Notes: generated by a model from the letters alone, not told the origin. A stretch of 64,000 nt of DNA from Pavona decussata (GCA_977016875.1 CDRNST010000175.1:2418001-2482000), one strand, 5' to 3'. Positions 13,301 to 25,565 are shown, counted from the first letter of the stretch. Program-made: numbers and translations.

Positions 13301-14238
13301 AGACAAGCTCCATGATCTACAAGATGGACGAATCAACTGGAAAATTTATTTTGTACCAGACCCTGCAAACCAGAGGCGCGTATGGTCTTGAGTACTTTTC
13401 AATCGCTGGTAAACATTTCCTCGCTGTGGCCAATCGTTATGATGGAACCCACCTACTGGACTCGGTTATTTACCAGTGGAATGGAAAGCTGTTTGTGGTC
13501 TTTCAGAGAATATCTACAAAAGGAGCAAGCCACTTCGCTTTTTTCAAGATAAATGGTGAAAAGTATCTCGCAGTATCAAACTACTATGATGGAAGCAGCC
13601 ACTCCATAAAATCAGTCATCTACAAATGGAGCAGCGGCAAGTTTAGCAAGTTTCAGGAGATAGCAACTGAAGGAGCCATGGGATGTACGGCGTTTGTAAT
13701 AAACAATGACACTTTCATCGCTTTTGCAAACCATTGGAACTCAAAGCAGAAGTATTCTGGTCAGTCCACTGTGTTCAAGTGGTCAGGAGGACACTTTGTT
13801 AAACACCAGTCTCTTCAGACTTATGGAGCATTCGATGTGAAGACCTTTAACATCAATGGTCACACATTCCTCGCCTTTGCCAATTATTACTCTGGAAGCA
13901 GCTACAACACCAACTCGTTCATTTACAAGTGGAATGGTAACAAGTTCGTTCTGTTTCAGTCCATTTCTACTCGTGGAGCCCTCGCTTGGCATCCATTTGT
14001 GATCAGCGGTCAAACGTACCTGGGTGTGGCCAATAACTACGATTCCAGTCAGAAATACAACACACAGTCAGTTGTGTACCAGGCCTCTGGAGCGCGGTTC
14101 ATTAAGTACCAAGAGATTCCAACACACGGAGCACACGATATGACGTCATTTGAGTACAAAGGTCGTACTTACGTGGCAGTGGCAAATTATTACAGCCCGA
14201 AACACAACATAAACAGCGCCCTGTACAAATGGGTGTAA
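566..14238 (+). CDS. Collagen-stalk / EAR(EPTP)-propeller secreted protein, copy A (5'-partial; exons 1-2 lie upstream of the window)
   Basis: Hand-spliced AG/GT exons in a consistent frame: 566-592 (GKDGKDGQN), 1455-1481 (GKDGRDGVN), 5235-5278 (GKDSRDGQDGRVGAK), 5351-5404 ([18 protein letters not shown]), 5940-5993 (degenerate GEKGEVGMQGKDRNASMK), 11735-11824 (GEKGSSGDK...GTCDAK), 12029-12065 ([12 protein letters not shown]), 13163-14238 (ECSTGF plus 7 EAR repeats, TAA). Every exon has a homologue in copy B. Confidence 0.85.
4034..4794 (+). mobile_element. 5'-truncated L1/Tx1-type LINE
   Basis: ORF 4153-4611 has the ORF2 C-terminal zinc-binding motif (CYLC...HMLVSC). AATAAA plus poly(A) at 4773-4795. 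15-bp TSD ATATGTAGTTTTCTG at 4019-4033 and 4795-4809. Confidence 0.9.
5513..5545. repeat. (TTA)n microsatellite
   Basis: Direct reading of the sequence. Confidence 0.9.
6177..7093 (-). mobile_element. Non-autonomous Tc1/mariner-like TIR element carrying a HIRAN-domain ORF
   Basis: TIR C(C/T)GTATTT(T)CTCGATTAAAC, TA at 6175-6176 and 7094-7095, and multiple TAAACGCCGG subterminal motifs. Absent from the homologous copy B intron. Confidence 0.75.
6404..6919 (-). CDS. HIRAN-domain-like ORF (probably N-truncated or pseudogenised) inside the TIR element
   Basis: HEENNKYDSCAMAV...VGHIP...L.FF..HGG.ISAKV...LEQGALEV matches the HIRAN signature E..N.YD..A.AV...VG(H/Y).P, recognised by eye. Confidence 0.6.
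   Translation of the reverse strand: MSVLDDFSLDYPKLQYYGTVHTARVCHEENNKYDSCAMAVYREHGLGNERINVGHIPIELSSTLRFFVEHGGNISAKVRQKNYRASNLEQGALEVSIIVQCANSSQKGQLMKRLKQLIKKCWRDPRNSYNSEHYNTRKKVRQQYNTNTDTLLYFILLCSNYPSYVTPVFFL
7217..8036. repeat. Two tandem copies of a dispersed repeat with a palindromic 3' part (third copy at 58731-59074)
   Basis: TTATTACACCCATTTTG...CTCAGTTCAATTACCAT at about 7217-7689 and 7692-8036. The last ~150 bp form an imperfect inverted repeat (GGTAATTGAAC...GTTCAATTACC). Confidence 0.75.
8520..8750. mobile_element. PIF/Harbinger-like MITE
   Basis: Imperfect TIR GGCCC(T/A)GT(T/A)GTT, with 3-bp TSD CAG at 8517-8519 and 8751-8753. Same TIR family as 28384-28622. Confidence 0.65.
10294..10340. 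repeat. (ATTT)n microsatellite
   Basis: Direct reading of the sequence. Confidence 0.9.
10425..10819. mobile_element. Kolobok-like non-autonomous DNA transposon
   Basis: TTAA on both sides (10421-10424, 10820-10823) and short TIR AGGGACAGT/ACTGCCCCC. Copy B has a single TTAA at the homologous site (~51629). Confidence 0.6.
10871..11580 (-). mobile_element. Penelope-like element fragment (RT C-terminus plus GIY-YIG endonuclease)
   Basis: ORFs contain FLD...VYRKPTHTDQYL and GMVYRILCECGKVYIGETGR...RMKEH. The segment is absent from the copy B intron. Confidence 0.85.
12985..13038. mobile_element. 54-bp hairpin MITE (CAACCTCGTTCCCAGG termini)
   Basis: Near-perfect inverted repeat flanked by GTTCCTAAA and GTTCCTTAA (9-bp TSD-like, 8/9 match). 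Absent from copy B. Confidence 0.6.
13163..14238 (+). CDS. Terminal exon of copy A: seven EAR/EPTP repeats (TSPEAR/LGI-type propeller domain)
   Basis: ORF 13228-14238 extends in frame to a pyrimidine-rich acceptor at 13161-13162. Seven ~48-aa repeats of F..(F/Y)Q.(I/L).T.GA....F.I.G..FLA.AN.Y......S.IYKW. Confidence 0.9.
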
Positions 14239-14682
14239 AGCCAAGAACGAAAGATCTGGATCCAAGCTTAAAATAAGTTATGATAAGCGGTACAATGAAA
14301 GCTTTTTTTTGGTGCCTTATAATCCACAACAGGGAATTTGTTAATTTTGCAGAGATTCAGTTTAAATTTGTTCAATGAATTAGTTTTGTTAATAGTTGTG
14401 AATGGAACAATAAAGTTAATACAAAGTAATCGTGATAGACAATCGCATAAAGACCAAGGAATAGTGGAGATATATAATCAGATTCGGTTTAGTGCTCGCC
14501 TAGTTTTGATGCAGAATTACTTGCTAGAATTAACAATAAAGCTTTGCTTGGATCATGAAACACTTGTCTGCTCTTTTGCGCCTGAATTTCCTGGAGGAAG
14601 CCTGTTCACGAGTTTGATTTGTAATACTGCGCAACAACAAACACAACAACAAGAAGACTTTATTACCCCTTAGTTAATAAAT

Positions 14683-14848
14683 GTGAATTTAAAATATTAT
14701 AAATTTGACGCCGTTAAGAGAGTTTGAACCGACGTTTCGGCAATACTGCCTTCTTCAGGGTAGTTTTGTACCCTGAAGAAGGCAGTATTGCCGAGACGTC
14801 GGTTTAAACTCTCTTAACAGCGTCAATTTTATAATATTTTAAATTCAC
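14683..14848. ncRNA. Palindrome of two minimal type I hammerhead ribozymes (Penelope-derived)
   Basis: 80-bp arms with 4 mismatches and a 6-nt loop. The minus-strand arm reads ACC-CTGAAGA-A-GGCA-GTAT-TGCC-GAAA-C-GTC-GGT (intact core). The plus-strand arm has GAGA in place of GAAA. Confidence 0.7.
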
Positions 14849-16008
14849 GGGTTTCATTAAAGCACAAACCAAATCAAACAAACAAACACGACCAGTAGAC
14901 TGTAAGGGATTTTGACCCGAACCAGAAGTCGCACAATTCAGAATTGCTACCTGCGCACAGGGTAAAAAAACACAAGAAAATGTCAAATATTTGTCTTCGT
15001 TGCGGGCCGCGTTTTGGAGAAATATAGCCTCGCTTGCAGACGAAATAAAATCAGATTCGGTTTAGTGTTTGCCTAATTTTGATGCAGAATTACTTTCTAG
15101 AATTACAATAAAGCTGTGCTTGCATCATAAAACACTTGTCTGCAGTTTATCACCTGAATTTTGCGTGGAAACTCTGTTCAAGAGTTTGAGTCAACCGAAA
15201 ACAAAAAAATCAACCTTAAGTAAAAACACTACCCTGACTTGCTTCCGGTGAGACGATAAGAAAAGGGTAAAGAAACACAAGAAGATGTCAAATATTTCAC
15301 GTTGTGCTTACGATTTGTGTCAGTGTTTGATTGGACTCTGTCATCGTTATGGGCCGTATGTTGCGGAAAAAAAATTGCCTCGCTCGCGGACGAAATAAGG
15401 AGGGTTATGAAAAAGGAGCACGGTCAGCGGAAAAATAACGCAGTTTTTGGAATAATAGGGCGGATGACAGGAGAAAATATTCATAACACAGCTCCCCATT
15501 TCCAAGGCGTGATGATGTAAAACGTAAATGACTGTTTCTTGGTTTGTTGCGTAGATTAACGATGCAGAAAACGGCCCACATTTTTGAAATTAGACAGTGG
15601 TAAAGAGAACGAAAAAGTGAGAAACCGATATATAGTCTCAGAGCAAAATTGGACCGCGAAAATTCTTGCCTCTTGGATTCTTTACTATCACCTCTGTCAA
15701 AGTTGTTAGGCGGTGGGAACTGAATCTTGATTGATAAATCGTCTGCACTTAGCGGGAGTGGGGTGAAAGGGGACGCATTTACGTGGAGTTTTCAGCTGTG
15801 TTTTCGTAAGGCGGTGCGCGCATTTTAAGGCTTTGTAGTTGTCTTGCGGCCCGAGATTGACAAGATTGTAGTTTACTGACTACAGTAAAATCCTGAGTCG
15901 TTTTGGGGATCTTTTTTCTTGTAGATTTAGAGCGATTTAGAACCTGTTCACTTTGATTCTGACCTCGTTACTCTTGAACTTACGAAGCAGAAGACGGCAA
16001 AATATCAC

Positions 16009-16206
16009 TGTAGAACGCTGGTACAAGTTCTCAAATGAAAACGGACCGCCAGCATCTAAGATCAGTATTTTAATTCACCCGCACACTTAGAACATTACAT
16101 GACAACAACTCGACCGTTAACTCGCACCTCGCTTATGAATATATTACAATCATAATAGCTTTATCCTGATTGGACAAATGGTGCATAATCATGCTTGAAC
16201 ACTACA
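16009..16206 (-). repeat. Gypsy 3' LTR (198 bp)
   Basis: About 95% identical direct repeat of 21602-21797; TGT...ACA ends. Confidence 0.92.
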
Positions 16207-18173
16207 TCCCTCCTTTTCTTAAACGAAACCTAATCAACGCTACGTATCAGGGCTAAACAAAAAAAACGAAAGCCTTATAATTAGATTCGTTACAAGCAAA
16301 CAAAACAAAACAAAATTTAGCTTAGCAGTCACGATATAAGCGGAATAAACACTTAATGGCATAACATTGTCCTTGAACCGCAAACTAATTCCTTAACGAT
16401 AAAACAAAGTCATTGAACCGCGAAGGTCTTTGAACTTGGTGAGTAGACCTACGAACAACATTCGGGCGGACTTCCGGTTCTGACAGTCTACGTCCATTTT
16501 GTCCTTCATCTTGTCCGTTGTCTCTTTCTGCTGGCTCTGGATCCTGTCTGTCTCCCTCACGATCAGCTGTTTCTGCTGGCCCTGGCTCCTGTCCATCTCC
16601 TTCACGATCAGCTGAACAACCGGCATCACTGGTTACGCACGCGGACGCACCCTCCGGTACATTGTATTTCTTTGCAAACGCTGTGTTGCGCTTGAACTCC
16701 ACTCCCACGTCATTCCTGACAGTTACCTCACTTCCGGTCTTCTGAACGACCTTAAATGGGCTTGGATGGAAATTGCTTGACAACTTGTTCGATTTTTCTG
16801 CTTTTAGAAGCACTGCATCGCCGACTCTGATTGACTTAGGCACGGCGCCTCTCTTGTCGTCCGCATATGTCTTCCCTTTCAACTTGTTCGACCAGTCTTT
16901 GTCGCGTGTTTATTCCCGTGAAACGTCCACCGTCTCTCTTCTCAGTTCCGGTAGTTTGGACCGCATCTCTCTTCCAAACATCAAAGAGAAGGGTGTGGCC
17001 CCGGTTGTGACCTGCGGGGTAGACCTGTACGCTGTCAACCATGTAACCAATTCAGTGCACAGGTTCTTCTTCTCCAAATGTGCGATCCGCAGACACTTGA
17101 GCAAAGAACGATTCTGACGCTCGACCTCGCCATTGGCCTGCGGCCATCATGGAGTAGTTCTTCGATGTTCAACACCATGACTACGTAGAAACGTCTCGAA
17201 CTCCTCGGACACAAATTGTGGACCATTATCTGTCCTTAGGGAAAACGGAACACCAAATCTCGCAAACATCGGGGAGATCGCTTCAATAATCTTTGCGCTC
17301 GTGGTAGACTTCAAGATAGCCACTTCCAGAAATCTGCTGAAATAATCAACCACCACCAAAATACTTTCTCCCGAGGGCAGGGGACCTAGCAGGTCTGCAC
17401 TGCAATCTTGCCACGGGGCGGTAGGAGGTAACACACGAGACATCGGCTCAGGTGGGTCGTAACCTGAAGTAACCTGACAGCCATGGCACACCTTGCACAC
17501 CTTTTCTGCGTCCTTGTCCATTCCCGGCCACCAAACTTTATTGCGAAGTCGATATTTCGTCTTAACCATCCCCTGATGGCCTTCGTGCGCCAATCTCACG
17601 ACCTTGTCCCGTAGGATCCTGGGAACTACAATCCTAGTACCACGAAGCAAAATTTCACCATAAATACACAATTCGTCCTTGATAGGAACGTACGAGGAGA
17701 GTGTACAACGTTCCCAGTTACCAGAACGTACACAGTTCTTCACTTGACATAGTTCCTCATCATTGTAAGACGCCTCCTCAATTTCTCTCGGTGACAAAGC
17801 AACAGGCACGCTGTTCCCTACGATGGTTTTGACGAAGTCATACTTTTCGCCACCGTCACATGACTCCACAGAGTTTAACCTGGATAAGGCATCAGCAATG
17901 TTCGTCTTCCCTGGTTGGTACACCACTATAAAGTTGAATCCTTGTAAGCGCAACACCCATCTCTCAATTCGCGCGCAAGGCTTTGACGTGCGCGAATATA
18001 TGCGCTCTAAGGGTTTGTGATCTGTTTCCAGTTCAAAAGTTTCACCAGTAACGTACACGCTGAATCGTTCGCACGCCCAGACCAATGCGAGTGCTTCCTT
18101 TTTAGTCTGACTGTAACGACATTCCACGTCAGACGAGCTTCTGGACGCATAGGAAATGACTCTCCACACGCCT

Positions 18174-19055
18174 TAATGAATTGGACACACCAGTTGACAT
18201 GTGGAAATACGTGGATGATACATCTTGTTCGTAAATAGTTACAAAGGGTAGTGAGAGCAAACTCCAAGAAGCTGTGGATGACCTTTCGAGACAAGCGAGT
18301 CTCGATGGGTTCCAACTGAATGAGGCCACGATTTTGAACCCCTAGTCCTAAATGGCAAACCCCTTGAATTAGTCACCAGTGCCAAATTGCTAGGCGTGAC
18401 CATTAGCCACGATTTAAAGTGGAACATGCACAGCTCTGAACTAATTAGAAAATGTTCCTCTCGTCTCTACTTTTTACGTCAACTCAAGAGATCCGGAGTG
18501 GCACCAAGTGATCTGGTGCAATTCTATGTGACATGTATTAGGCCCGTCCTGGAATACGCAAGTCCTGTATTCTATCGTTCTCTACCAAACTACATTAGTG
18601 TAGATTTGGAACGGATCCAAAGAAGGGCATTCAGAATCATCTATCCTGACCTGTCATATAGTGTAGCACTAGAAACAGTTGGCCTACCGAAACTTCATGA
18701 GAGGAGAGAAAAGATTTCAATCGATCTGTTTGACGAGAGCGTCTGTAACCCCACCCACAGTCTCCATAGCCTCCTCCCTCAAAGGAAGAGTTGTAAATAT
18801 GCACTGAGACGCCAGAGTGATTTCACTCTCCCCCTATGTAAGACCGATCGTTTGAAGAACAGTTTTATTTTTAGCCATGTCTATAAGATGTAGATATTTT
18901 CTCATTTCCTCTTTGTTATTATATTTTTAGCCATGTCTATAAGATGTGGATAATTTTCTTATTTTCTCTTTGTTATTATTTGAATTTGTAAATATCCCGT
19001 AATTCAGCTTATGGCTGCAATGGTGTTTATAATAAAGTATCTATCTCTCTCTCTT
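18174..19055 (+). mobile_element. 5'-truncated L2/CR1/Rex-type LINE inserted in the Gypsy RNase H region
   Basis: WKYVDDT near 18200. ORF 18387-18893 has LGVTISHDLKWN..H...RLYFLRQLK...IRPVLEYA...LERIQRRA. AATAAA plus (TATC/TC)n tail. GCCT is duplicated at the junctions, and Gypsy QQQGG|VWRVISYAS rejoins across the insert. Confidence 0.88.
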
Positions 19056-21601
19056 GCCTCCCTGCTGTTGCGTCAGAACTGCTCCTAACCCCACTGGGGA
19101 CGCATCAGCAACAATTCTTGTCCTGCAGCCCACCTGATAATTAGCCAGTGTCTCGGCTTGTGTAATCAGCTTCTTCAACTCTTGAAATGATCTCTGCTGT
19201 TCCACACCCCACTTGAACGTAACGCCCTTCCTGGTCAACTCCTGAATGGGCTTGGCTATGGATGCTAGGTCTGGCATGAACTTCGCTGAATACTGGACCA
19301 AACCCATGAAAGATCGAACTTCACTTGCGTCCTTTGGAGGTCTTGCGTCTCTAATAGCAGCCACTTTCTCTTCACTTGGATTAACTCCGTTACTTGTCAG
19401 TTCATGACCGAAGAACGTGAGCTTTGTCAGTCTAAACTGGCACTTGTCTCCATTCACAGTCAGCCCCACTTCACTAAGCCTGCCAAGCACTGCAAACAAA
19501 CGTACATCATGCTCCTCTACGTCCCTGCCATGAACAATGAGATCATCAGCAATGTTCGCAACTCCCGCACAACCCTTCAAAACATCACGGATAATTTGTT
19601 GGTATTTCTCCGGTGCTGATGTCACACCAAACATTAACCGCTTGTATCGGTAAAGCCCGCGATGCGTAACAAACGTTGTGACGTGTCGACTCTCTTCACT
19701 GAGCAGAATCTGATGAAAACCACACTTGAGATCAATTTTGCTGAAGACGGTACTTCCGTTTAAATCGTGTAGAAGCTCCTCCACCTTTGGAATCGGATGC
19801 CGTTCTCGAACAATCGCCTCATTTGCACGGCGCATGTCCACGCAGACCCTCACGTCTCCGTCTCCTTTAGGCACAACTACCAAAGGTGAAACCCATCCCG
19901 ACGGCCCCTCTGGTACCTCTTCTATTATGTCCAGCTCCAGTAGTTCGTCAAGCTTCTTATCGACCTTTTCCCGCAACCCGAACGGAATTCTACGCACATG
20001 CTGTGCTACAGGCTTCACAGTGTCGTCAATGTGCAGTTTCAGCTCATACCCCTTTAAGAGACCAACGCTCGAAAGCAAACTGCTGTATCTCTCACGGATA
20101 TCACACTCCGCTCGCCCGCTCAAATTATTTGCCTGGAAAGGACCGATGTGTAAGACACCAAGCTTCTTTGCGGTTCCACGACCTAGCAGCGTTTGCCTGT
20201 TGCCCTTGACAACCACGAAGTCAGCCGTACAACCATTACTGCTGGCCGAGAGCATAACATCTGCAGTGAAAGTGCCCAGAGTCGGTAAGGGTTCTGTGCC
20301 ACCATAAGCGAAAAGTGCCTTAGCTGACTTGCGAGACTCGCACCTGATTCCTCTGTGCTTTAACAAGTCCCAGGTTTGCTGACTCACCACATTGCAAGTA
20401 GCCCCTGAATCGATAAGGACATCCGCTAAATCCACTCCTCCGATGATCAGAGTTACCAAACCACTATCTTGTTTCACTTGGTCGATGCACTGTTCTACCA
20501 AGAATGCAAAATCAGGACTCCGCTGAACTGGTCCGGTAAATTGTTCACCATCATCTCCGCCAACCACTTGGTTTGTTTCTCTTGTTCTACCAGGTCTAAA
20601 TCTTCCTCCACCAGCAGTACTTCTACCTCCACGGGTCTGACCTCCGCCCCCACTAGCCGCACCTCTGCCCCGACCGGTAACACCTCGGCCTCCACTTGTA
20701 GAACCTCTAAACTCACCCCTAGTACGACTTTGAAGCTGTGGACATCTAAACATGAAATGCCCAATACCACCACACCTTCGACAAGCTTGATCGCGCGCGG
20801 GACACTTCTTGTCTCCACGAAAATGACCATCTTAACCACAACCAAAACATATCTTGACTCTAGCAGAATGTTTATTCATATTCGACTTTTCACCGACTGC
20901 ATTCACTTGATTGGCGCTTGCGTTTGTTCCCATCACCTTCATCTGGCGATCGACCGCCTCTTGTGACCTCGCAATCCTTAACAAATCGTTCAAACTCACC
21001 GCTCCCTCCTTTTCCAAAAACTTGCGACGGATAACACTCGAATGACACTTGTCGATGACTTGATCGCGAATATAGTCGTCCTCGTTATCCCCGAAATCAC
21101 AGCTAGCCGCGCGTTGGCGAAGTCTGCAAACGAACTGATCAACCGTTTCGCCCATTTCCTGTGCAATCTGTCTGGACAAATGTCTCTCAAAAGGAACGTT
21201 TGCCTTCGGGATAAAATAATCATCCAGTACTTTCATCGTGGCCTCGAAAGTAGTAATCTCCTCCTCGCAGACCAGTGTAAAATATATTTCTTGGACGTCA
21301 ACACCCGCTGCATGCAACAATAGAGCTCGTTTTTGTGCGTCGTCCGTAACTCCCTTTCCGGTAAGATATAACTTGAATGAACGCTTCCACTTCCTTCACC
21401 GTTGACTCAAACCGTGCGGATCACCTTTCGTATCAAACGCCGCCAACGAACCGACATCTAACGAAACCATCACCGAACCACTCGACTCCGTTCTGCTACT
21501 TGATTCCGATTCACCACCCGGCATCTTTAACTGCTTGACCGTTAAATTAATGACCCGTCGATTCTCGAATTAATCCTTTAATTAAAAATCCTCGTCGCCA
21601 A

Positions 21602-21797
21602 TGTAGAACGCTGCTACAAGTTCTAATGAAAACGGACCGCCAGCATCTACGATCAGTATTTTAATTCACCAGCACACACAGAACATTACATGACAACAAC
21701 TCGACCGTTAACTCGGACCTCGCTTATGAATATATTACAATCATAATAGCTTTATCCTGATTGGACAAATGGTGCATAATCATGATTGAACACTACA
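21602..21797 (-). repeat. Gypsy 5' LTR (196 bp)
   Basis: Direct repeat of 16009-16206, adjacent to the PBS. Confidence 0.92.
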
Positions 21798-22399
21798 ATC
21801 TTGACTAACGTGACACCAACCTTTTCCTCTTAAGAACATAGCGAAGAGTAGCCAAGTTGAAACCAGGAATTAAGAAAATTTAACTGTCACGCTAGCTGAT
21901 CACGCAAGAACAACATTCATTGTTAGGGGTGGGGTGGGTTAGACGAGGTTCTCTGAGATCGAGGGTGCTCAGTACGGCGCTCCAGACAGATCAGTGTTCC
22001 CACACACGTACACGGTGAAATATTTCGGTCAAGTTTTAAAAGCTTTGTAGGAGGTTACTGTCCTTTTCAATCGTCAACTCTGCGGCCAAAACATTTATGG
22101 AAAACTTACGAAGATTTTAGTCATTTCGTGGATCCGTGGCCCTCTGAAAAGCATTAGTTTTATAAAGACTTCTGTTCTTGGGCCATCGTAGCTTGGTCAG
22201 AAATAAAATACAAACAGCGGTGGTAAACATAATAAACTTGCGCATTTTCTATAACTTGACGTTTCGTATGCTAGTCAACATACATACATTTTCAAAAGTG
22301 ACCGTTAAAATTTTTTACAACTATATATATAGTCATAAGTACGTAAATTATGACCATCCGTGTGAGTGTAGTCCTAAAAAGGACTGTTTGTGGTGACTT

Positions 22400-22444
22400 T
22401 GACTGACGTTTCGACAACCTGGGCGGAAGTCATCTTCAGAGTCA
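22400..22444 (-). ncRNA. Minimal type I hammerhead ribozyme (second terminal-repeat copy)
   Basis: Reverse-complement homologue of 25521-25565 with the core intact. Confidence 0.72.
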
Positions 22445-23230
22445 AGTGAATTGTGGAACGTCAGTAAGTGGTATATATGTCTCTGGTTGCTAACCTGATT
22501 GTTCAACGAAGTTGAGATGTTATTGGTCGTTTGTCAGTAAGCCGTGATGTTATTGGCTGTGAAGACTGCATGTAAAAAGGGATTGGTGCGTTTCGATCCG
22601 TCGTTTGTCCGTGGGTCTATTGTTAGTAAAATGTCTATTGTGTGTCCGTTTCGTTGTTGTTGTCAATAAGTCGTTTGTATGGTGCAGGTAGTTGTAGGCA
22701 ACGGTTGAGTGGCGTTTGTTCTAAGTTAGTAAACCAGCTTTCCAGAGTGAGTCGTTGATAGTAATTTGTACTGTAGGTAATGCACTTGGCAGAGTCCCAG
22801 TCGATTGTGTGGTCCGTTTGTAAATGGTGCTCAGCAATGTAATTGTTGATATCACCATTTTCTAGTTGCTCGTTTGTGTTCAGTCAGTCGTACGTTTAAA
22901 TTTCTGCCGGTCTCACCAATATAAGTGGCCTGGCAGTCGCAGCATTTGATCTTGTAAACTACTCCCTGTTTGCGGTTCGGTTCGTCTTTGTCCTTTACTT
23001 TCGTCAGTAGTTGTCGTAAAGTGGTAATAGGTTTGTGAGCTAGGCGGATGTTGTAGGGTTGTAGAATCTGTGCAATAGTCTCAGAAGTGCCCCTTACGTA
23101 AGGTATAGTCACAGTAGTTACGGGAATCGCGTGGTTGTTTGTGACGTTAGGTTAAGTGTACGTTCTTGTACGTGTTACGTCTAACAAAGTCCTTGTTATA
23201 GTTGTTCTTGTTGAAAACGTTTTCTAAGTA

Positions 23231-23836
23231 CAGTTGAACCTCCACTAACGGCCACCTCTCCACAACGGCCACCTCTCTACAACGGCCACATTTTTTTGTC
23301 CCGGCGGACAGTCCATACATAAGCTCTTGTTTAAACCTCTCTACAACGGCAACGGCCACTAAAGTGCGTCCCCAACTGCTAAAATAACCTCTCGACAACG
23401 GCCAGTACAGTTCTTTTTTGTAAAAAACACCTTTTTATAAACTGTTGCAGTAATCGACATTTATCTTCGGAACATTACGTTTCTGTGTCCATTTTAACGA
23501 TATACGTATTTTGATTGTGTTCCATTTAAATGCTGCAGTAAGCATCAATTGTCTACAATAATATGGCGAATGTTGCGAACCTTGTTCGTTTCGTCTTGTT
23601 AACATTTTGATTCAAAATATTATTTACGTTTTATTGTGTATTTTATCTATATATCTATTATTTAAGATTGGATTGCCATTATAGGCTACAGTAAGCATGA
23701 ACTTGGCACAATAAACATGTTGTAATTCCTGAAAAAAAGGTGTCATATGACACCCCTACCTCCCGACAACGGCCACCTCTCCACAACGGCCACTTTCTTC
23801 TGTCCCCAAGGTGGCCGTTGTGGAGAGGTTCAACTG
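23231..23836. mobile_element. Tc1/mariner (pogo/Tigger-like) MITE nested in the Penelope ORF
   Basis: TIR CAGTTGAACCTC, TA TSD at 23229-23230 and 23837-23838, and repeated ACAACGGCCAC subterminal motifs. Confidence 0.88.
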
Positions 23837-25520
23837 TAGTTGTTTTAGTCTGTGAGACTGTCAGGTGAGTCACAAACCAGTTGCGCTAGCCTAGTTAAGG
23901 TCTGTATGGTCGTTGCTTTGTGAGAAGTAGGGTTGTAGGATGACTGGTCCAGTAGTCTGTCAGTATGTGTTGGTTTCCTGTAAACCGTAGTACTTATTTT
24001 GTTGTCGTTGTTGTTACGGGTAACTAAGCAGTCTAGAAAAGGTATTTTACCATTTTCTTCGATCTCCTTAGTAAACTGTATGTCAGCGTTCTGTCTGTTA
24101 AGGTGTTCGTGAAAATCGTCGATTTCGTCTTTGTGTACAGCTGTAAAGGTGTCGTCTACGTACCGTAACCAGAGCGGTAGTGTCCGTTTGTAGGTTGCTA
24201 GGGCTTGTTCCGCGATGTTCTGCATGACAATTTCTGCTACAACAACAGAAACTGGTGAGCCCATAGCTGTTCCGTGTAACTGTTTGTAGTGCTTGCCGTT
24301 GTACTGAAAGTATGTGGACGTTAAGCAGAGGTTCAGTAAGTCCATTAAGTCATCTGTAGGCAGTGGCAGTTTTGTCGTGGAGTTCTCGATGGCGGTAGCA
24401 GTGCAGTCTAAAGCCAGTTGAAGTGGAATACTGGTGAACAGTGATTTCACATCAAAAGACACAAGTTTGTAGTCGTCAGGTATTTGTACTGTCTTGATAG
24501 GGTCAATAAAGGTTTCGGTAGACTGTAGTTTGTGTCGGGATTCGTTTGTCAACGGTTTCAGTATAGTAGTCAAGTATTTGGATAGTTCGTAAATCGGGGA
24601 CCCACAGAACGAGACTATGGGTCGTATGGGTATGTTAGGTTTGTGTAGTTTTGGTAGTCCGTAGAGTCTAGGTGGCTGCGGTACGCGGCACCTTAGTCTG
24701 TTGTGACGTTGTATGTCAAGAACGTCAGTTTTCTTGAGGTCAAGTAGTTTCCTGTTAAGTTTACGCTGAAGTGATGGCGTCGGGTCTTGTTTCAGTTCTT
24801 CGTATGTCTCTTTGTCGGTAACTAGAGTGTCCATTTTCTCGTAGTAGTCTGTCTTGTCCATAACAACAGTCACTTGTCCTTTGTCAGCGGGGAGTATGAC
24901 GTTGTTTTCGTCAGTTTTCAGTCGTTTCAGTGCTTGTGGTTCGTCTTTAGTCAAGTTACTGTCAGTTAAGGAAGATGATTGTATAGTAGAAGTAATTCTG
25001 CTTCTGATGTTATCCTTGGCCGATTCTGATAGTTCTCTCTGACGAGACAGAACCGCCTCAACGCTAGATACAATAGCCTCGGTCGGTATGTGTTTAGGCG
25101 TCACTGAGTGCTTTAGTCCGTAGGAGAGTACCTGGGTTTCAGTCTTGTCTAAGGGACGGGAAGAAATATTCCTGACCCAGTTGTCGTCTGTCTTGTGTCG
25201 TTTTTTGTCTTTAGTCCGTTGTAGTCGCGTAAGGTTTTGTTGAGTTTGGTTGCAGTATTGTTCTTTGGTTTTGTCAGCTCGTTTGTCGGCAATAGTCAGT
25301 ACAGTATCAAGTAAGTTTGTCGGTATGAGTTGTTTAACTTTGTCAAGTCGTTGTTGTAATTTGTTGTTGAAGAAGTTCAGTCTTCTGTGACAGTCGTTAA
25401 TCCGCGCTCGGATCAATCGTCTACAGGTGGCTTTGACGATCTGAATGGCCTCTTTGGTGTTGGCTCTTCAGGTTAGCAACCAGAGACATTATACCACCTA
25501 CTGACGTTCCACAATTCACT

Positions 25521-25565
25521 TGACTCTGAAGATGACTTCCACTCAGGTTGTCGAAACGTCAGTCA
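25521..25565 (+). ncRNA. Minimal type I hammerhead ribozyme in the Penelope terminal repeat
   Basis: TGACT-CTGAAGA-T-GAC...GTC-GAAA-C-GTC-AGTCA: stem I TGACT/AGTCA with the conserved core. Confidence 0.72.

Larger units (their letters stand above)
16009..21797 (-). mobile_element. Ty3/Gypsy LTR retrotransposon, decayed, with a nested LINE
   Basis: TG..CA LTRs at 16009-16206 and 21602-21797. PBS TGGCGACGAGG at 21590-21600 and polypurine tract at 16207-16220. Order gag (20832-21524, with a stop), protease LIDSGAT, RT IADD, RNase H DASPVGLGAVL, integrase HEGHQG..C..C / TDNG. Several stops and frameshifts. Confidence 0.95.

Noticed and set aside
13163-14238. Naming the genes TSPEAR or LGI
   Set aside because: Only the EAR repeats are shared. 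There is no laminin-G/TSP-N or LRR exon, and the N-terminus is collagenous, so orthology is unsupported.
13228-14238. Treating the 336-aa ORF (and 53698-54708) as a stand-alone gene
   Set aside because: The apparent start is a GTG inside an exon. The frame is open upstream to a splice acceptor that matches the phase of the preceding exon.
19726-20966. Long antisense or alternate-frame ORFs over Gypsy, BEL/Pao, L1 and the EAR exons
   Set aside because: They are shadows of the real coding frames with no independent motifs.
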